Part shown: piece by piece, positions 12,559 through 24,382 of the stretch
Numbering within the stretch: position 1 is the first letter of the stretch
How the letters are laid out: each line of letters begins with the position of its first letter
Assembly: GCF_006345805.1 (NCBI RefSeq)
Contig: NW_021833258.1
Coordinates: 1-64,000, forward strand
Origin: Octopus sinensis
Taxonomy: Eukaryota
DNA length: 64,000 nucleotides
Reading direction: 5' to 3'
Notes under the pieces: generated by a model
Told to the model about the DNA's origin: nothing
Databases searched by the model: none
The model's input: the letters and a program-made list of their open reading frames with translations, nothing else
Made by a program: the position numbers and the translations under genes

Positions 12559-13057
12559 CATTAAAGCAACGAGGTTGTTGCATAATATTATCAACTAAAA
12601 ATAAATAGGGAGTTCAAAACACCTATTTGGATTTTGTTTGCAATTTTTCATTGAACGTGTTCGACTAATCGGTCTACCAAATCGTCTGAATCAGCTCATT
12701 TTACAACGAAATAACCTTCGAATGCAATTTGATAGCTATTGGAAGAACATTCCAGTATTAGCTTTAAGTCAGGGGTGCTCAAGCTTTTTGGATTTGCGGT
12801 CGCATAGCATTTTTTTCCTTCTCTTCCACGGCCGCACATTTTCTGCATTATTTTTTCGATATTAATATAGTTTTTTTTTAATTATTAAAAGTGACCGCAT
12901 AAGTTGCCCATTGTCATCGAGACCGAATGAGTTCTTGGACAGGAAATGCTCTCGTTCATCAGGGACATCATATTATTAAAATAAATAATTATTTCATGGA
13001 CAAAAGATAAGAAAGAAGGAAAATTAATTAAAAGAAATGTATTATACAAGTTATTCT

Positions 13058-13683
13058 GTGCAATAAGTATGGGATTAGACGTTCCAGAAAGTTGCGAACT
13101 CATAAGGTGCAGTCTGTGGTCGAGAATGCCAGAGTATGTATTAAAGTGGATACTAGTATCACACCTCGATACTTGTCCAGCACAATAAGCCGGACATTGT
13201 GGTACAAGATAAGGTCTCTGGCGAGATACTTATCATAGAAGTTGGCATCACATGTCTAGATCGTTTGACCACAGTGGAAGTGGAAAAGAAGTGTAAGTAC
13301 GACCTTCTTGCAAACGAGCTTGGGTTGATGCACAGATGCAAGGTCCTTGTCATTCCTTGCGTGATGACATGGGAAGGAATTGTATCTAAGTACCACAAGG
13401 GTTATCTCAGGCAGTTGGGAGTCGATAGTACATTCAGGCCTATATGCAGTCCACTGTCCTGAGGAGAACTCTAGAGAGTGCATCTGTTGATGCACGCAGA
13501 CCCAGCCCCCTAATGCCACATGGGCAGAATTGTCGGCTGGAAAATGCTCTCACAGAGCTATTCCTTCGACCAGAAGCAGAAGAGGCTGGTCTCCAGACTT
13601 CAGATGCGAACGGTTCGTCGGATTAGTTAGTTAACTATTTTATCTCGGGTTTTTGTTAATAAAGTGTGTCAATTAAAAAAAAA
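13058..13683 (+). mobile_element. 5'-truncated RLE non-LTR retrotransposon (NeSL/R4-like group)
   Basis: HNKPDIVVQDK..EILIIEVGITC..VEKKCKYDLLANEL endonuclease motifs. AATAAA plus A-tail. 14-bp TSD ATACAAGTTATTCT (13044-57, 13684-97). Confidence 0.9.
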
Positions 13684-14229
13684 ATACAAGTTATTCTAAT
13701 GACGGCCAGGATCTTTGGTATTTTTTGCGAGCTTATTGAAATCCACTGGTAGGGTAGATATCATTATGCGCAAACATGTCTCTAAGTTTGCATCCGTTAT
13801 CCGAGATGTATATTGACTTTTTAAATATTTCATTTTGGAAAATCATGTGAATCTACATCATTCAACATGAAAATCGAACTAAACGATACCTAACAACCTT
13901 ACGTTCGATATTATCTATTCAATAATGTTGGTTGACCATTATTTTATTAAATTGTTTAAAAAATTATAGTCAAACAAAAAATAAGGTTTTAATTTCACTC
14001 CTTATTGTTGGAAATTATTCTTCTCTTTTTAGGGGAGAATAGCTGCTTGTCCCTCGCTCTCCTCGCTCTCTATCTCTTTGTCAGACAAAGTTGTTATATG
14101 TCCCATAGTCGTGTTCCGATAGTATGCCAGTTCTAGAAGTTGTCGGCAGCGAAGGCGTATTCCTTACAAGATACCCTCATCTAATGCGTGTGTTCAATTA
14201 ACATATTTTTGAGGGTTCTTTTTAATAAA

Positions 14230-14720
14230 ACGGATTGGATGTATGTTCTCGTTGCTTTTTAATGGTTATTTTATTCATGTATATTTAAATCATTTCGAGA
14301 CAACTTCGTTCTACGTCAAAACATACCGGAATAGTTTTTATCTGGGTTTAATAGAATATCGAATTTTCATTTGCTTTTCTGAGGCGGTCTTGCGATGTGA
14401 TGCCCACTTTGATTATTTTCTGCTTTATTTTGTCTTAGATAAAAATATTAGGTTTGTTGTATTGGAATCTTGTCTCTGTCATAATTGGTATATCAGCTCG
14501 GATTTCAACATTTTCCGTCGATATTATAAACTGAGCCGAGTGAGCCTCTATCCTTCTTCCACTTTAAATACCGTAGGCACAAATGTAGATGGATGCACAT
14601 TACAACTTTGTTGTGTCTTTGGAGGTACTCGCTGTTTAACATTTTACCACACTGGGTGGCCAAATGGTCGACAGTTTTTCTGTTTTTCTTGCAATGATTT
14701 ATTAAATTGTTAATTGTTAT
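14230..14720 (-). mobile_element. Degenerate RLE retrotransposon fragment, same group
   Basis: The minus strand gives CKKNRKTVDHLATQCGKMLNSEYLQRHNKVVMCIHL, matching the 18.9-kb copy. Confidence 0.75.
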
Positions 14721-14999
14721 AATTCAAATTTAAAGATATATCTTTACATATTTATGACTTTATTATTTTATTTCTCACAACTTTTTCTTGCCAATAAATA
14801 GAAACACCTATCTATTTTTACTTTGATTTATTCAATTTTCATTCATATTTCAATTAAATAAAAAACCACAAATGAGTCATAATCATCATCTTATTATTAT
14901 AGCCTTTTCGACAGAAGCCATAGTCATTTATAGTCACAGACGAGACACACACTTTATTTTTAAGTAAAGAACAGTTCATGTTGGGACCGGGATATCTAG

Positions 15000-15660
15000 A
15001 AGGCCTCTGAAAGGCTCCAAGCTAACTTGGATCGGCTGAACTTATGGCTGACGGACGCGGCAAGTCCGCCACGTCCCTTTTCACTTCCGACAAAAGATTG
15101 GAAAGGACTTTAGTCGACTTAAAGCTGAAGAACGTGTCCGTACCCTTCTACAGGAGTCAGACGGTCCTAGGGGTAACCCTCGACATGCATCTCTGCTTCT
15201 CCGCACGCAGACAATTTCATTCGAAAATGCAAAAAAAATTGTACATCCTCAGAACTCTATCCGGTATATGGAAAAACGTGTCGCACTCGGTACTGGCGAA
15301 TATCTACAGTCAATACTTCGAACTGCCAATTGCCTACGCCTGCGGATCATGGGATCCGCGGTTATCGTGGTCTAACAGGAGACGAATCGAGGAGGCCCAA
15401 GAAAGGGCCCACAGATTAACCGATCGTTGGTCACACGATAACGAACGCCCCGATACAGCTCCTCTGGAGAACCTTATCAAGCTAAACCTCTGTCCGCCTG
15501 CAAATGCCCCGTCAAAAACGGCCTGCCGCCCAAGGCGATCTTTTATGAGCTCTTTGAAAGATCACCGAGCGAGGATGAGGTACCTGGTTGAGTGTATCGG
15601 GATCACGTGACGTTTGTTTGATTTTTACCGTGGCCTTGGCGGTTAAATAAAATAAATTAC
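15000..15660 (+). mobile_element. 3' end of a Jockey/I-like LINE
   Basis: ORF 15044..15610 has the post-RT pattern VLGVTLDMHLCF..KKLYILRTLSG..IYSQY..IAYACGSW, followed by an AAATAAAATAAA tail. Confidence 0.7.
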
Positions 15661-16099
15661 AATTAATTTTTAATCATGTTCGGATTTTTGTTTATTTTTT
15701 TCCTTTTACCTTTACCTTTTATGATTTTAAATCACGATAAAAATTTGAAATTGCTAAACTTCTCTTAAAAAAAGCATTCAATTCGAAAACTCGCTAGAAT
15801 GTTTCACAAAAGTATTTGAACAATCTCTAGAACAGTGCTTCCCGATTTGTTTTGAGTTCGCACCACCGTTTTTAAATCTAACAGAGAATTTCATTAAAAA
15901 AATCATTAAAAAAATATCTAGGTTCCTTGGGATTTTTCTTTCCTTTTAGTTTTAATTAATTCTTCGAAACGCGATTTTTTGTTTGCTAGTACAATTCTGA
16001 GATCGTTTTCAGGGCTAAAAGAGTTTCTGTTCTTATTTTTTATATATAATAGAGATGAAAATCCATTTATTTCAAACTTCATTTATTTGAAAAGTCCAG

Positions 16100-16562
16100 A
16101 TAAAATTGATTTTTAATTATTGCGTCTGCTTTTAGTTGATTCTCCTCCTCTTCGAGCCCGAGCAAATGTCTTCGACGGGTACACTATCCATTTTATAGGG
16201 CAGGCTATTTTTGTGGTTGTTCTCGAGTCCGATTTAATCGCATGCTTCGCCGCTGTAGGCAGGAGTTTATACTCCGGGCGCATGCTTTCCAATGTTCTCT
16301 TGATCACGATTGACTGGACATAAACTCGCGTAGATTTATGGACTTGTAAGGAGTTCTCGTAGTGCTTATAGAATTTGGATGTTATTTCATCCCACTTGAG
16401 AACCAACGGTACGACATTTACCTTAGCATTATGGATTAACCTCAATTCGCTTGCCAAAAGGTCGTATTTATGTAATTTCTTAACTTCCACATGCTTCAAA
16501 GATTGTTGAGAAGTAATCCCAATTTCAATCAGCGTAATGATGTTCCGAACTTTGTCGTAAAC
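16100..16562 (-). mobile_element. RLE retrotransposon 3' fragment, close relative of 18354..19700
   Basis: ORF 16113..16499 HVEVKKLHKYDLLASEL..VVPLVLKW..YVQSIVIKRTLESMRPEYK aligns by eye with 19100..19650. Confidence 0.8.
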
Positions 16563-16980
16563 TTATAGATATAAAAAATTGAAATAATTCAAATCAAAGT
16601 TGCTGATATAATAACCAAGAAATATATACTCAGTGAAAACTGTTCCTTTAGTAATTTTATCGGGAAGATGGTCACTCACCACATCATTTTCAACATAAGG
16701 CGAATCGCACAAACCACTTGAGACATTTGAAACAATAAACAATCTTAATCGATTACCACTTTGCTGCTGAAAATGGTTAGGCTCTTCAGACGTTAAAATT
16801 TGATGATTTTTTGATCTCAAAATTTACATTCTGATTTGACTTCACGCACCCATAGCCAGTATGCTTCGCCTTTAAGTCTCCAACAAGAATTGGATTTTCA
16901 TTTTTTATAAAACTTTTGACAATCGACAAATATTTTTTAACCTTTTGCAGTATATACCTCCAACGGTTATCCATCCAGTT
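16563..16980 (-). mobile_element. Apurinic-endonuclease (APE) domain fragment of a LINE
   Basis: ILVGDLKAKH..YG (GDxNA.H motif variant) and SDHLP motifs in ORFs 16786..16974 and 16563..16820. Confidence 0.65.
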
Positions 16981-17067
16981 GAAATCTTTAAATCAATAGA
17001 TGTTAATTTAGATACATTCTGTTCGATTTATTTTTAAGTCAATTAGCGATTTATTTTTAAGTCAATT

Positions 17068-18351
17068 TTTTGAGGGAAAAAAGTAATGGCACGAAATCCA
17101 ATTAATATTAGTTGCATTCCTTTTTGCTAGCAGAACTGCTTCCAATCGTTTTTTGTAAGAAAAAATTAGTTTTTGACATTCTACTTTAGAAATATTTTTC
17201 CATTCTTCGTAGCAAATTGTTTTTAATTCCTGGATATTTTTTGGTTTTCATAAGCCAACTTTTATTTTTTTCGCGACCGAAGGTAAAAGGACATTTTTCC
17301 AAAATTTCGCAATATTTAAGAGAATTCATCATTCCATCAATTACAAATAGTTCACCAACACCTGTTGATGAAAAACAACCCCACAACATGATACTATCTC
17401 CCCCGTGCTTTACGGTAGGTATGGTGCATTTTGGGATATACGCCTGATTTGATTTGCGCCAAATTGAAAGCGTGTAGTTCAGTCCGAAAAGTTGTATTTT
17501 TGATTCGTCCGACCACAAAATATTGTTTATGAATTCATTTTCTTTGTTCAAAAGATTTTTTGCATATTGGATTCGCGCTGAAAGGTGTATTTTCTTTAAT
17601 AACGGAACTCGACGGGGCCTTCGCTTATTGATACCTTCTTTGCGTAGTGTAGAAGTGATTGTACGAAGGGACACTGACGTTCCTGTGATTTTTAAATCAT
17701 CGGCCAATTCTTTTCGAGTTATTTTTGGGTTTGAAGTAACTAATCTTTTCATTAATGAAGAAGAACGCAGAGATATCTTTTTGGAGCACCCGATCTTGGT
17801 TTATTAATAACAGTTCCGCGTTGCTTCCATCGAGTAATAATATTTCGAACAGTACTTTTTGGTAATATCAACAATTTAGAAATCTCTCCATAACTTTTAC
17901 CGTTTTGGTGGGCAGTTACAACTCGTTGTTTTAGGTCCAAAGAATGCTCTTTCCTCATCGACGAGATAATTTTATTAAAAGGCGAAAAATAAAAGTATAT
18001 TATACTAATCGGAATCTACTAATCAATTATATTAATAGAACTAAGAATCAATTATTTCAAAGAAAAAACAAGGCACCAAAAGATAATCATTTGTATCTTA
18101 TTGTCAAAAAAATCCATATTTTTTGATAGTTTCATCACTTTTTTACACATCAAATTTGACGTTTTTCTAAATATGAAGCAAAAACAATTATATTTATTTG
18201 AAATTCATGAATATAATTAGCACGAAATGGGTTCAAAAGAATGCAAGATTTTATTGTGTAGCATGATGAACTAAATCGAAAAAGTTATCATTGTAAAAAT
18301 ATATTGAATTAAAAAAAATGATAGGTGTGCCATGACTTATTTGCCCCACTG
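17068..18351 (-). mobile_element. Defective Tc1-family transposon
   Basis: Right TIR CAGTGGGGCAAATAAGTCATGGCAC followed by TA; degenerate left TIR near 17068-17092. ORFs encode [30 protein letters not shown] with one frameshift and a deletion removing the second D and the E. Confidence 0.85.
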
Positions 18352-18353
18352 TA

Positions 18354-19700
18354 TCTGAGCTGTGCTGATAAGAGCTATTAGCTCTGCTGTCCGCTTTCAA
18401 AAGGAACGGGCATTAAGCAGGGTAATCCTGGTTACATAAGATTTATTTGGTCTCTGTGATGCATCAAAAAGAGCGAATGCTTCTCGAGTTCTCAAGGACC
18501 TATTGTTTGAGGAGAGATGGAATTCTGAAGGCCGTCAGATCTAAGAAAACACACATGGCCACTATCAAAGAATTCCTATGCAGAAAGTATCAATTTTCAA
18601 CTCCGGAAAGCGTCTATGTCCTCGATAGATTCCTCTGATGTCTCGTGGTGCTGTTTCCTCCACTCAGTAATTCATTAATTGCATGATTCGCCTCCGTAGC
18701 TATGAGTTTGTACGCATGCTCTCTAGTGTGCGTTCTAAAGGATTTGCAAAGAAAGCTCTTAATTGAACAGATACGGAAAAAATCGCTTTACTCGATTTGT
18801 TTTTTTTCTACGATTTAGTTGTGAATCTAAGGGAATCGTCCTGGTGGTTATCTCATGGGAACAACTTCCAAGGTCGGAGGGAATGCTGTGCATGGTTCAG
18901 GACCGCAACTTATTCTTTGACAACGGTGGTAGTTGTTACAACCATTGCAACGCCGCCAAAAAGACTGTGGATCATCTTGCTACAAAATGTGGCAGAATGT
19001 TGAACAGTGATTACCTACGTCGCCACAATGAGGTTGTAAGGTGCATGAATCTGCACATCTGCCGAAAATATGGGATAAAACAGTCTAGGAAGTTGAAGAC
19101 CCACTCCGTTTAGTCGACTGTCTCGAATGAAGTGGTCGAAATACGGGTTGAAACGACGATAAAGACGGATAGTTTAGTCAATAATAATAAACCAGACATT
19201 TTTATCTACGACAAAGTTCTGAACATCATTACGTTCATCGAAGTTGGGATTATTTTTTAACAATCTTTTAAGCATGTGGAAGTCGAGAAATTACACAAAT
19301 ACGATCTCTTGGGAAGCGAATTGAAGTTAATTTACAATTCAAATGTGAACGTCGTACCACTGGTTCTCACATGGAATGGAATAGTATCCAAATTTTACAA
19401 GCACTACCAAAACTCCCTACAAGTCTAAAATTCGACTCGTGCTTATGTCCAGACGATCGTAATTAAAAAGACAGTAGAGAGCATGCGTCCTGAATACAAA
19501 CTCTTGGCTACGGCTACAAATCATGCAATCAATGAACGACTGAGTGGAGGAAGCACCACCAGGAGACATTAGAGGAACCTGTCGAGGACATAAATGCTGC
19601 ATCCCGGCCCATGAATCTGGCTGAAGGAGGCGGATCAAAAGCAAAGAGGAGGAAGCCGAAACCAAAATTATCATGATGAGAAATATCTTCATTTTAATCA
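18354..19700 (+). mobile_element. Internally deleted RLE non-LTR retrotransposon
   Basis: CYNHCNAAKKTVDHLATKCGRMLNSDYLRRHNEVVRC..ICRKYG (CCHC-like), NKPDIF..IEVG, EKLHKYDLL; several stops. Confidence 0.8.
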
Positions 19701-19762
19701 ATTTACTAATCTGGATTTAATAATATTTTATTAAGTTAAATATTATTTAAATTAATTTTTTT

Positions 19763-20600
19763 ATGTTGGACAACCGTTTTGATTTTCATAAAATAATATT
19801 TTACAAGATGGCACACTTCCTCCTAAATGTTTAACATTCCTCTTATCTGAACAAAAACTTAGGAACAGTTCAATTTCTTCAGTGGAAGCACTAGTGCGGC
19901 AACTAATAGACATTGAATCGATTCAATTCGGAGATTTCACTCTCGGGAACCAAGAACAAACTTCAGTGTACTTTGACTTACGTCTTATCCCATCTCACAC
20001 AATTGTGATGGTATTATCATAATTCATACAATTTACAAAGAAACAAACAATTGATTTACTCTGTTCAAAAATATTGGAGAGTGCTCTTGAATTCGATATC
20101 ATTTGCGGAGTGCCCTTTGCAGCCATCAGTTTTGCCACAGTCAGTTATATATCTTATTAAAGTGTGTCTCCCTCGGGCTTAATAAGGGAATGATACTCAA
20201 AAGAAAGGAATTAAAGAAATATGGCACACAAAAATTAATCGAGGGGACGTGGACAAAGGGAATGAGGTGTCTCGTTGTTGAAGATGTTGTTGTCAGGGGG
20301 GATTCGATTAATCAAGTCGTCCAAGTAATTTTTGATCACAGTTTTTAAGGACCTGAGGAATAATGGACTGATTGTTGAAGACGCAATTACAATCTTGGAC
20401 AGAGAACAGGGCGGGGCTGCCAATTTACTGGCAAATAATGTCAAATTACATTCGTATTGCCTCACCAGTCATTTGATAGAGTACTCACGTGTAGTGGAGT
20501 CTATAAGGCAATCAGGAAGGAACCAGAGTTTGAGGGGATGGCCTCAAAATTATTTGAATTTATGCAGAACAGCTGTGTGGGGCTGACCTTGGTTGGTTAA
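19763..20600 (+). CDS. Stand-alone orotate phosphoribosyltransferase-like protein (homologous to the N-terminal half of UMP synthase); start codon uncertain
   Basis: Exons (19763-19775), 19808-20010, 20041-20139, 20163-20324, 20350-20453, 20480-20600 total 702 nt, 233 aa. Introns are 32, 30, 23, 25, 26 nt. Motifs FGDFTL..VYFDLR, CGVPF, KRKELKKYGT.KLIEG, CLVVEDVV..G.S, ILDREQGG, LHSVLT. Stop TAA at 20598-20600. Confidence 0.85.
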
Positions 20601-21419
20601 TAGTGATTTAGTCTCAAGGGCAATGGAGACTGCAAAAATAATGGAAAAAAGTCTTTGTTTTAGTTAATTTTCTAATTGTTTGATTTCAGCTTTCTTTTTT
20701 TTTATCTATTTTCTAATTAAGTTGCTTTTATAAGCAATACAGACACTAGAATCATCTAAAACTCCAGCAAATCTAGTAACGTCAGGGATCTCAGCTATAT
20801 CTAATTCTTTAATTAATATTGACTGTTTCCATTACTTAAAATTAAATACAGAAACACAAGTATATCTAATTATCGCAGCGTCTAATTCTCATGTTAAAAA
20901 ATATTTTTCAATCCAAATATATCGTAAACATAATAGTATTTGTAGTATTAATTTTTTCAGAATATTCATATGGCAGTTTGAATAAATTCTAAATAATATG
21001 ATAACAATCATCATTTAAAATCAAATTTGTTAATAAATTGTGAGAACAAAAATATACCTTTGTTTTTTCATCGCTTAAAACTTTTTTTCAAATAATAGAC
21101 CTATTCGGAAGCATAAGTAACAACCCACAACATCTGTTTCATGCTTATTGAACATCTTCAAATTAAAAGTTCAATAAACATTCTTTTTCCCGGTCTTAAT
21201 CAATACATGCTCTCATGTTGATAATTTTTAAGTTAAGTGGCGTAAAATTGACGTGACGCCAGAATAAAATATCAAAATATTGACGTGTCGCCAGAATAAA
21301 ATATTCTAATATTGATTGTTAGATGACAGATCAATCAAAAAATGTATTAACTTGTTTGGCTACAAATAAAAAAACGCTACACTGTCCTTGTCGATTTCCA
21401 GCACGACTGACGTATTATC

Positions 21420-21660
21420 TTACATTTAGTGTGTGATTACCCGAAAAACATTAAAGAAGGTGTCTACAGAACATGAGTTTAGAATGATCCCACCGGAATA
21501 ATGCCAAAAGTCTGGTTTACAAATGGAACAACGAAGGAAACGTTACCGAGTGCGACAATTAAGTTGAATTTGAGAACGTCCAAAGAAGAAGCCGGGGCTG
21601 TAAGATGGAGGAATGTTTCCATTGAGGAGATTAGCTTTAATTAGAAGAGAAGAAAAATTG
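21420..21660 (+). mobile_element. Possible RLE retrotransposon 3' remnant
   Basis: VITRKTLKKVSTEH resembles the (Q)S.VI..TLES...E end motif of the other copies; otherwise degenerate. Confidence 0.3.
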
Positions 21661-21739
21661 ACTGACAGAAAACGCATTTATTAAAAACTTAAGTAATGTC
21701 TCTCAGAAACGCTAATTTTGGTTCCTAGGAAAAAATCGG

Positions 21740-22180
21740 TTGATTCCCTCCATACTTGAACCCACTGAGATCGATCAAGGGGATGTGAAGAGACCGGACG
21801 GGATCACTGTATTTTTCCTCAACAAAAGAAAGCCACTCACCTAAGACGCGTGTGGACTCATTCTCGCCTCAGAACCTGCTGATGTCCCCATCCGCCCCTG
21901 GATCAATCGTCACAGTGCAAAAAGATGAGGAAGTACTCTTTGCTTATAGAGAAATACAAATTCCTTTCATTCGCTGTTGAGTCTTCCGGTTCCTTGAAAA
22001 AAGGCCAATTAGCTTCGTGCAGGAGATCGGATCTCGGATGTCTACATTCACAGGCAATGCCTGCGATTCGAAATGCTTATTGAGCGGATATCCCTTGCGA
22101 TAGTACGCTCTAACTCATCTTCGATCGCGTCAGCCTCTGGCATGGCAAACTACCGACACGACAAATAGATTAACATATTT
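21740..22180 (+). mobile_element. Degenerate CRE-type RLE 3' fragment
   Basis: EPTEIDQGDVKRPDGIT..KY...AVESSG..RISLAIVRSN with stops and frameshifts. Confidence 0.75.
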
Positions 22181-22209
22181 TATTCAATGAATTTTGATCT
22201 AAAACTATC

Positions 22210-22890
22210 AATGATCGAGAAGACGTTGCCCCTCAGAATTTGAAATGAGATTCTTTGGAACAGCCATTGCTTCTCCCGAGGTTCTTGTCTCCTGGAGATC
22301 AGTTTCCCGATTCTTCTAACGAGTTCAAGAGATTTGTTGCTCATGGCTCTGGATGTTTCTACAGAGATTAGGGAAAGATCACGTTGTCCTACAGGTTGGA
22401 GTATTTCAAGATTTTATGTTCATCAGCCTTTTTAGCGGCTGACTCTGGACTGATTGCCTAGTCGACTATATTCGTTTTCGAGAAAGTGTCCGTGCATGTA
22501 GAATCGCATCCGAGGCATTTCAGATTAATCCACGGAAAAAAATGACTCCATCTGGGCGTTTCCCGTCTGCACGCTAAAGCCTAACAGGCTCTAGTTCGGA
22601 AGGGAATCCTGCAGCTTGTAACGTAGTCAAAATAATCTCGTTGATAACGGAATATCTGGGTCACGCCCAGCACTCCTTCTCCATGAAAAGGGGTGTAGTC
22701 CTTTGGTATCGACTTTACTCTCACATCGGCATTGGCCCTCCGAACAAACATTAATTCCCAAGTGCATTGATATGTCAATCCTCACACAGTAATCATCGAG
22801 AAAAGTTCCAGACTGGAACTTCTTTATGAAAGAAGTCGTTAGAGGGGCGGTTTCCCTCGCGATAGGAATGAAACGATGCGGTTCGAGCCT
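22210..22890 (-). mobile_element. Degenerate CRE-type RLE 3' fragment, tail-to-tail with the previous one
   Basis: Minus strand: MHLGINVCSEGQCRC..VDTKGLHP..RPDG.. and IGKLISRRQEPREKQWLFQRISFQILRGN. Confidence 0.75.
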
Positions 22891-23416
22891 CAATGCAAGG
22901 TTGTCTGAGATGGATTTGCAGTTTGATTGCTACCAAGGATGAATTATTTATGATAAAAACAAGAGCCAATGTTACAGATTTGGTTAACATTAAATACACC
23001 ACAACAATGTGTCAGAATTTGTTAAAATCCTTTTTTCACCTAGCTTTTTTTTTACTTGTCACACGACACTCCCCAAATACCTTTGCAGTGATGCTGGATT
23101 TCTCAAAGGGGTCCAACAATCTGAGGAGTAACTGTATGTTGGAATCATGCTCGCGGCGTACGCCTGAGATCATGACTGGCTCACCTTGCTTACGGATTCA
23201 AAAGTTCGCTTTTCTTTGACAAACACAATGTCCGTTCCCTGACTGAAGTCCAAAAAATTGAGAATATACACTCCTCGCCAAAAAAAATGATTCAAAATTC
23301 ATATTTAGTTTTTCTTTGAAAATCTTATAAATATTCTAATTTCAAAAAACTTAGTAGATTAGTTGTAATTATTATTATTTAATTTTAATAAAATATTTGT
23401 TAATTGCATTAATTTG

Positions 23417-24248
23417 TCCGCTGTGGAAACCGCCTATCGGGGTGTGTGGAACTTAGAAGGGGAGTCCCGCAGGGATCTATCTTGAGTCCACTTCTGTTCA
23501 ACCTCTTCTTGGCGGACATTCCTCTGCCGTCGACACGTACTGGCAAGCTCGTTATCTATGCTGACGATATCCTGGTCATGGATACCTCGAAAAGGATATC
23601 GCAGTCTTGGAGACGACTGAAATCATACATTGCAACGCTAAAGATGTGGACTATAGAGAAGGGTTTGACCCTAGCACCGGAGAAGAGCACCATTTCATGG
23701 TTGCGGAGAGGGAGTCGCTATGCGGAGTCTTGTGCATATGCGATGAGTAGCTATGTGATGGATCTCTCGAAAAGAAAAAATCTTTCTTACCTGGGAGCAA
23801 CCATTAACTGTCGTGGCTCGTACGTAGAGCATATAGCAAATCAGAGAAAGAGGAGTGTGAGGATCCTCAAAAGCTTAACCAGGTTCCATCTGGATCCGGA
23901 AACGTACATCTACGTATACAAAACGTGTGTGCAGCCAGTCCTCACATATGGCTACGAGGGCTGGTACGGTACGGAGGAGAGTGACTACCTGATCGAACAG
24001 TTGGAAAAGACAAGACGTTTCGCTATGAAATTGGCTTACGGAGTACAACTTGACGGAAGGCTAAAAGACTCACAAGAATCCTCTGTGCCCACGATCCGGA
24101 TGGTCTTGGAGAATTGTCGTCAAACATGACTAGTATTGGGGATACGCATGGAAAGAGACACTTCGGTGCCTTGTTTTTATCTCCCCGCCGATGTTTTTCT
24201 TCCTTGTTTTTCTTTTTCTTTTCGCTCAATAAACACTATTCTATTCTC
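23417..24248 (+). mobile_element. 5'-truncated Jockey/I-like LINE inside the left Tc1 IR
   Basis: RT motifs GVPQGSILSPLLF, YADD. (CTATT)n tail. TSD TAATTTG (23410-16, 24249-55), confirmed against the uninterrupted right IR. Confidence 0.9.
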
Positions 24249-24382
24249 TAATTTGGAAAAATTAAAAGCATGACACACAATATGTTAGTATATGTCAGTG
24301 ACAAAAAAAATGATTCAAAAATATTATCTATACAAATATCTTGTTTTATATGATTTAATATCTCTATTTTAGGAAAAAGCAT

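Noticed and set aside
17024-17068. 21-bp direct repeat CGATTTATTTTTAAGTCAATT at the Tc1 left end as a TSD
   Set aside because: Both copies are on one side of the element, and Tc1 duplicates TA only; a local tandem duplication.
21246-21320. Two ~29-bp repeats containing TGACGTG (CRE/G-box-like) as regulatory sites
   Set aside because: No downstream host gene identified; cannot be distinguished from a TE subterminal repeat or slippage duplication.
20600-21400. Downstream OMP-decarboxylase exons completing a fused UMPS
   Set aside because: No D-x-K-x-x-D-I-like motif or coding-like composition seen on the plus strand.
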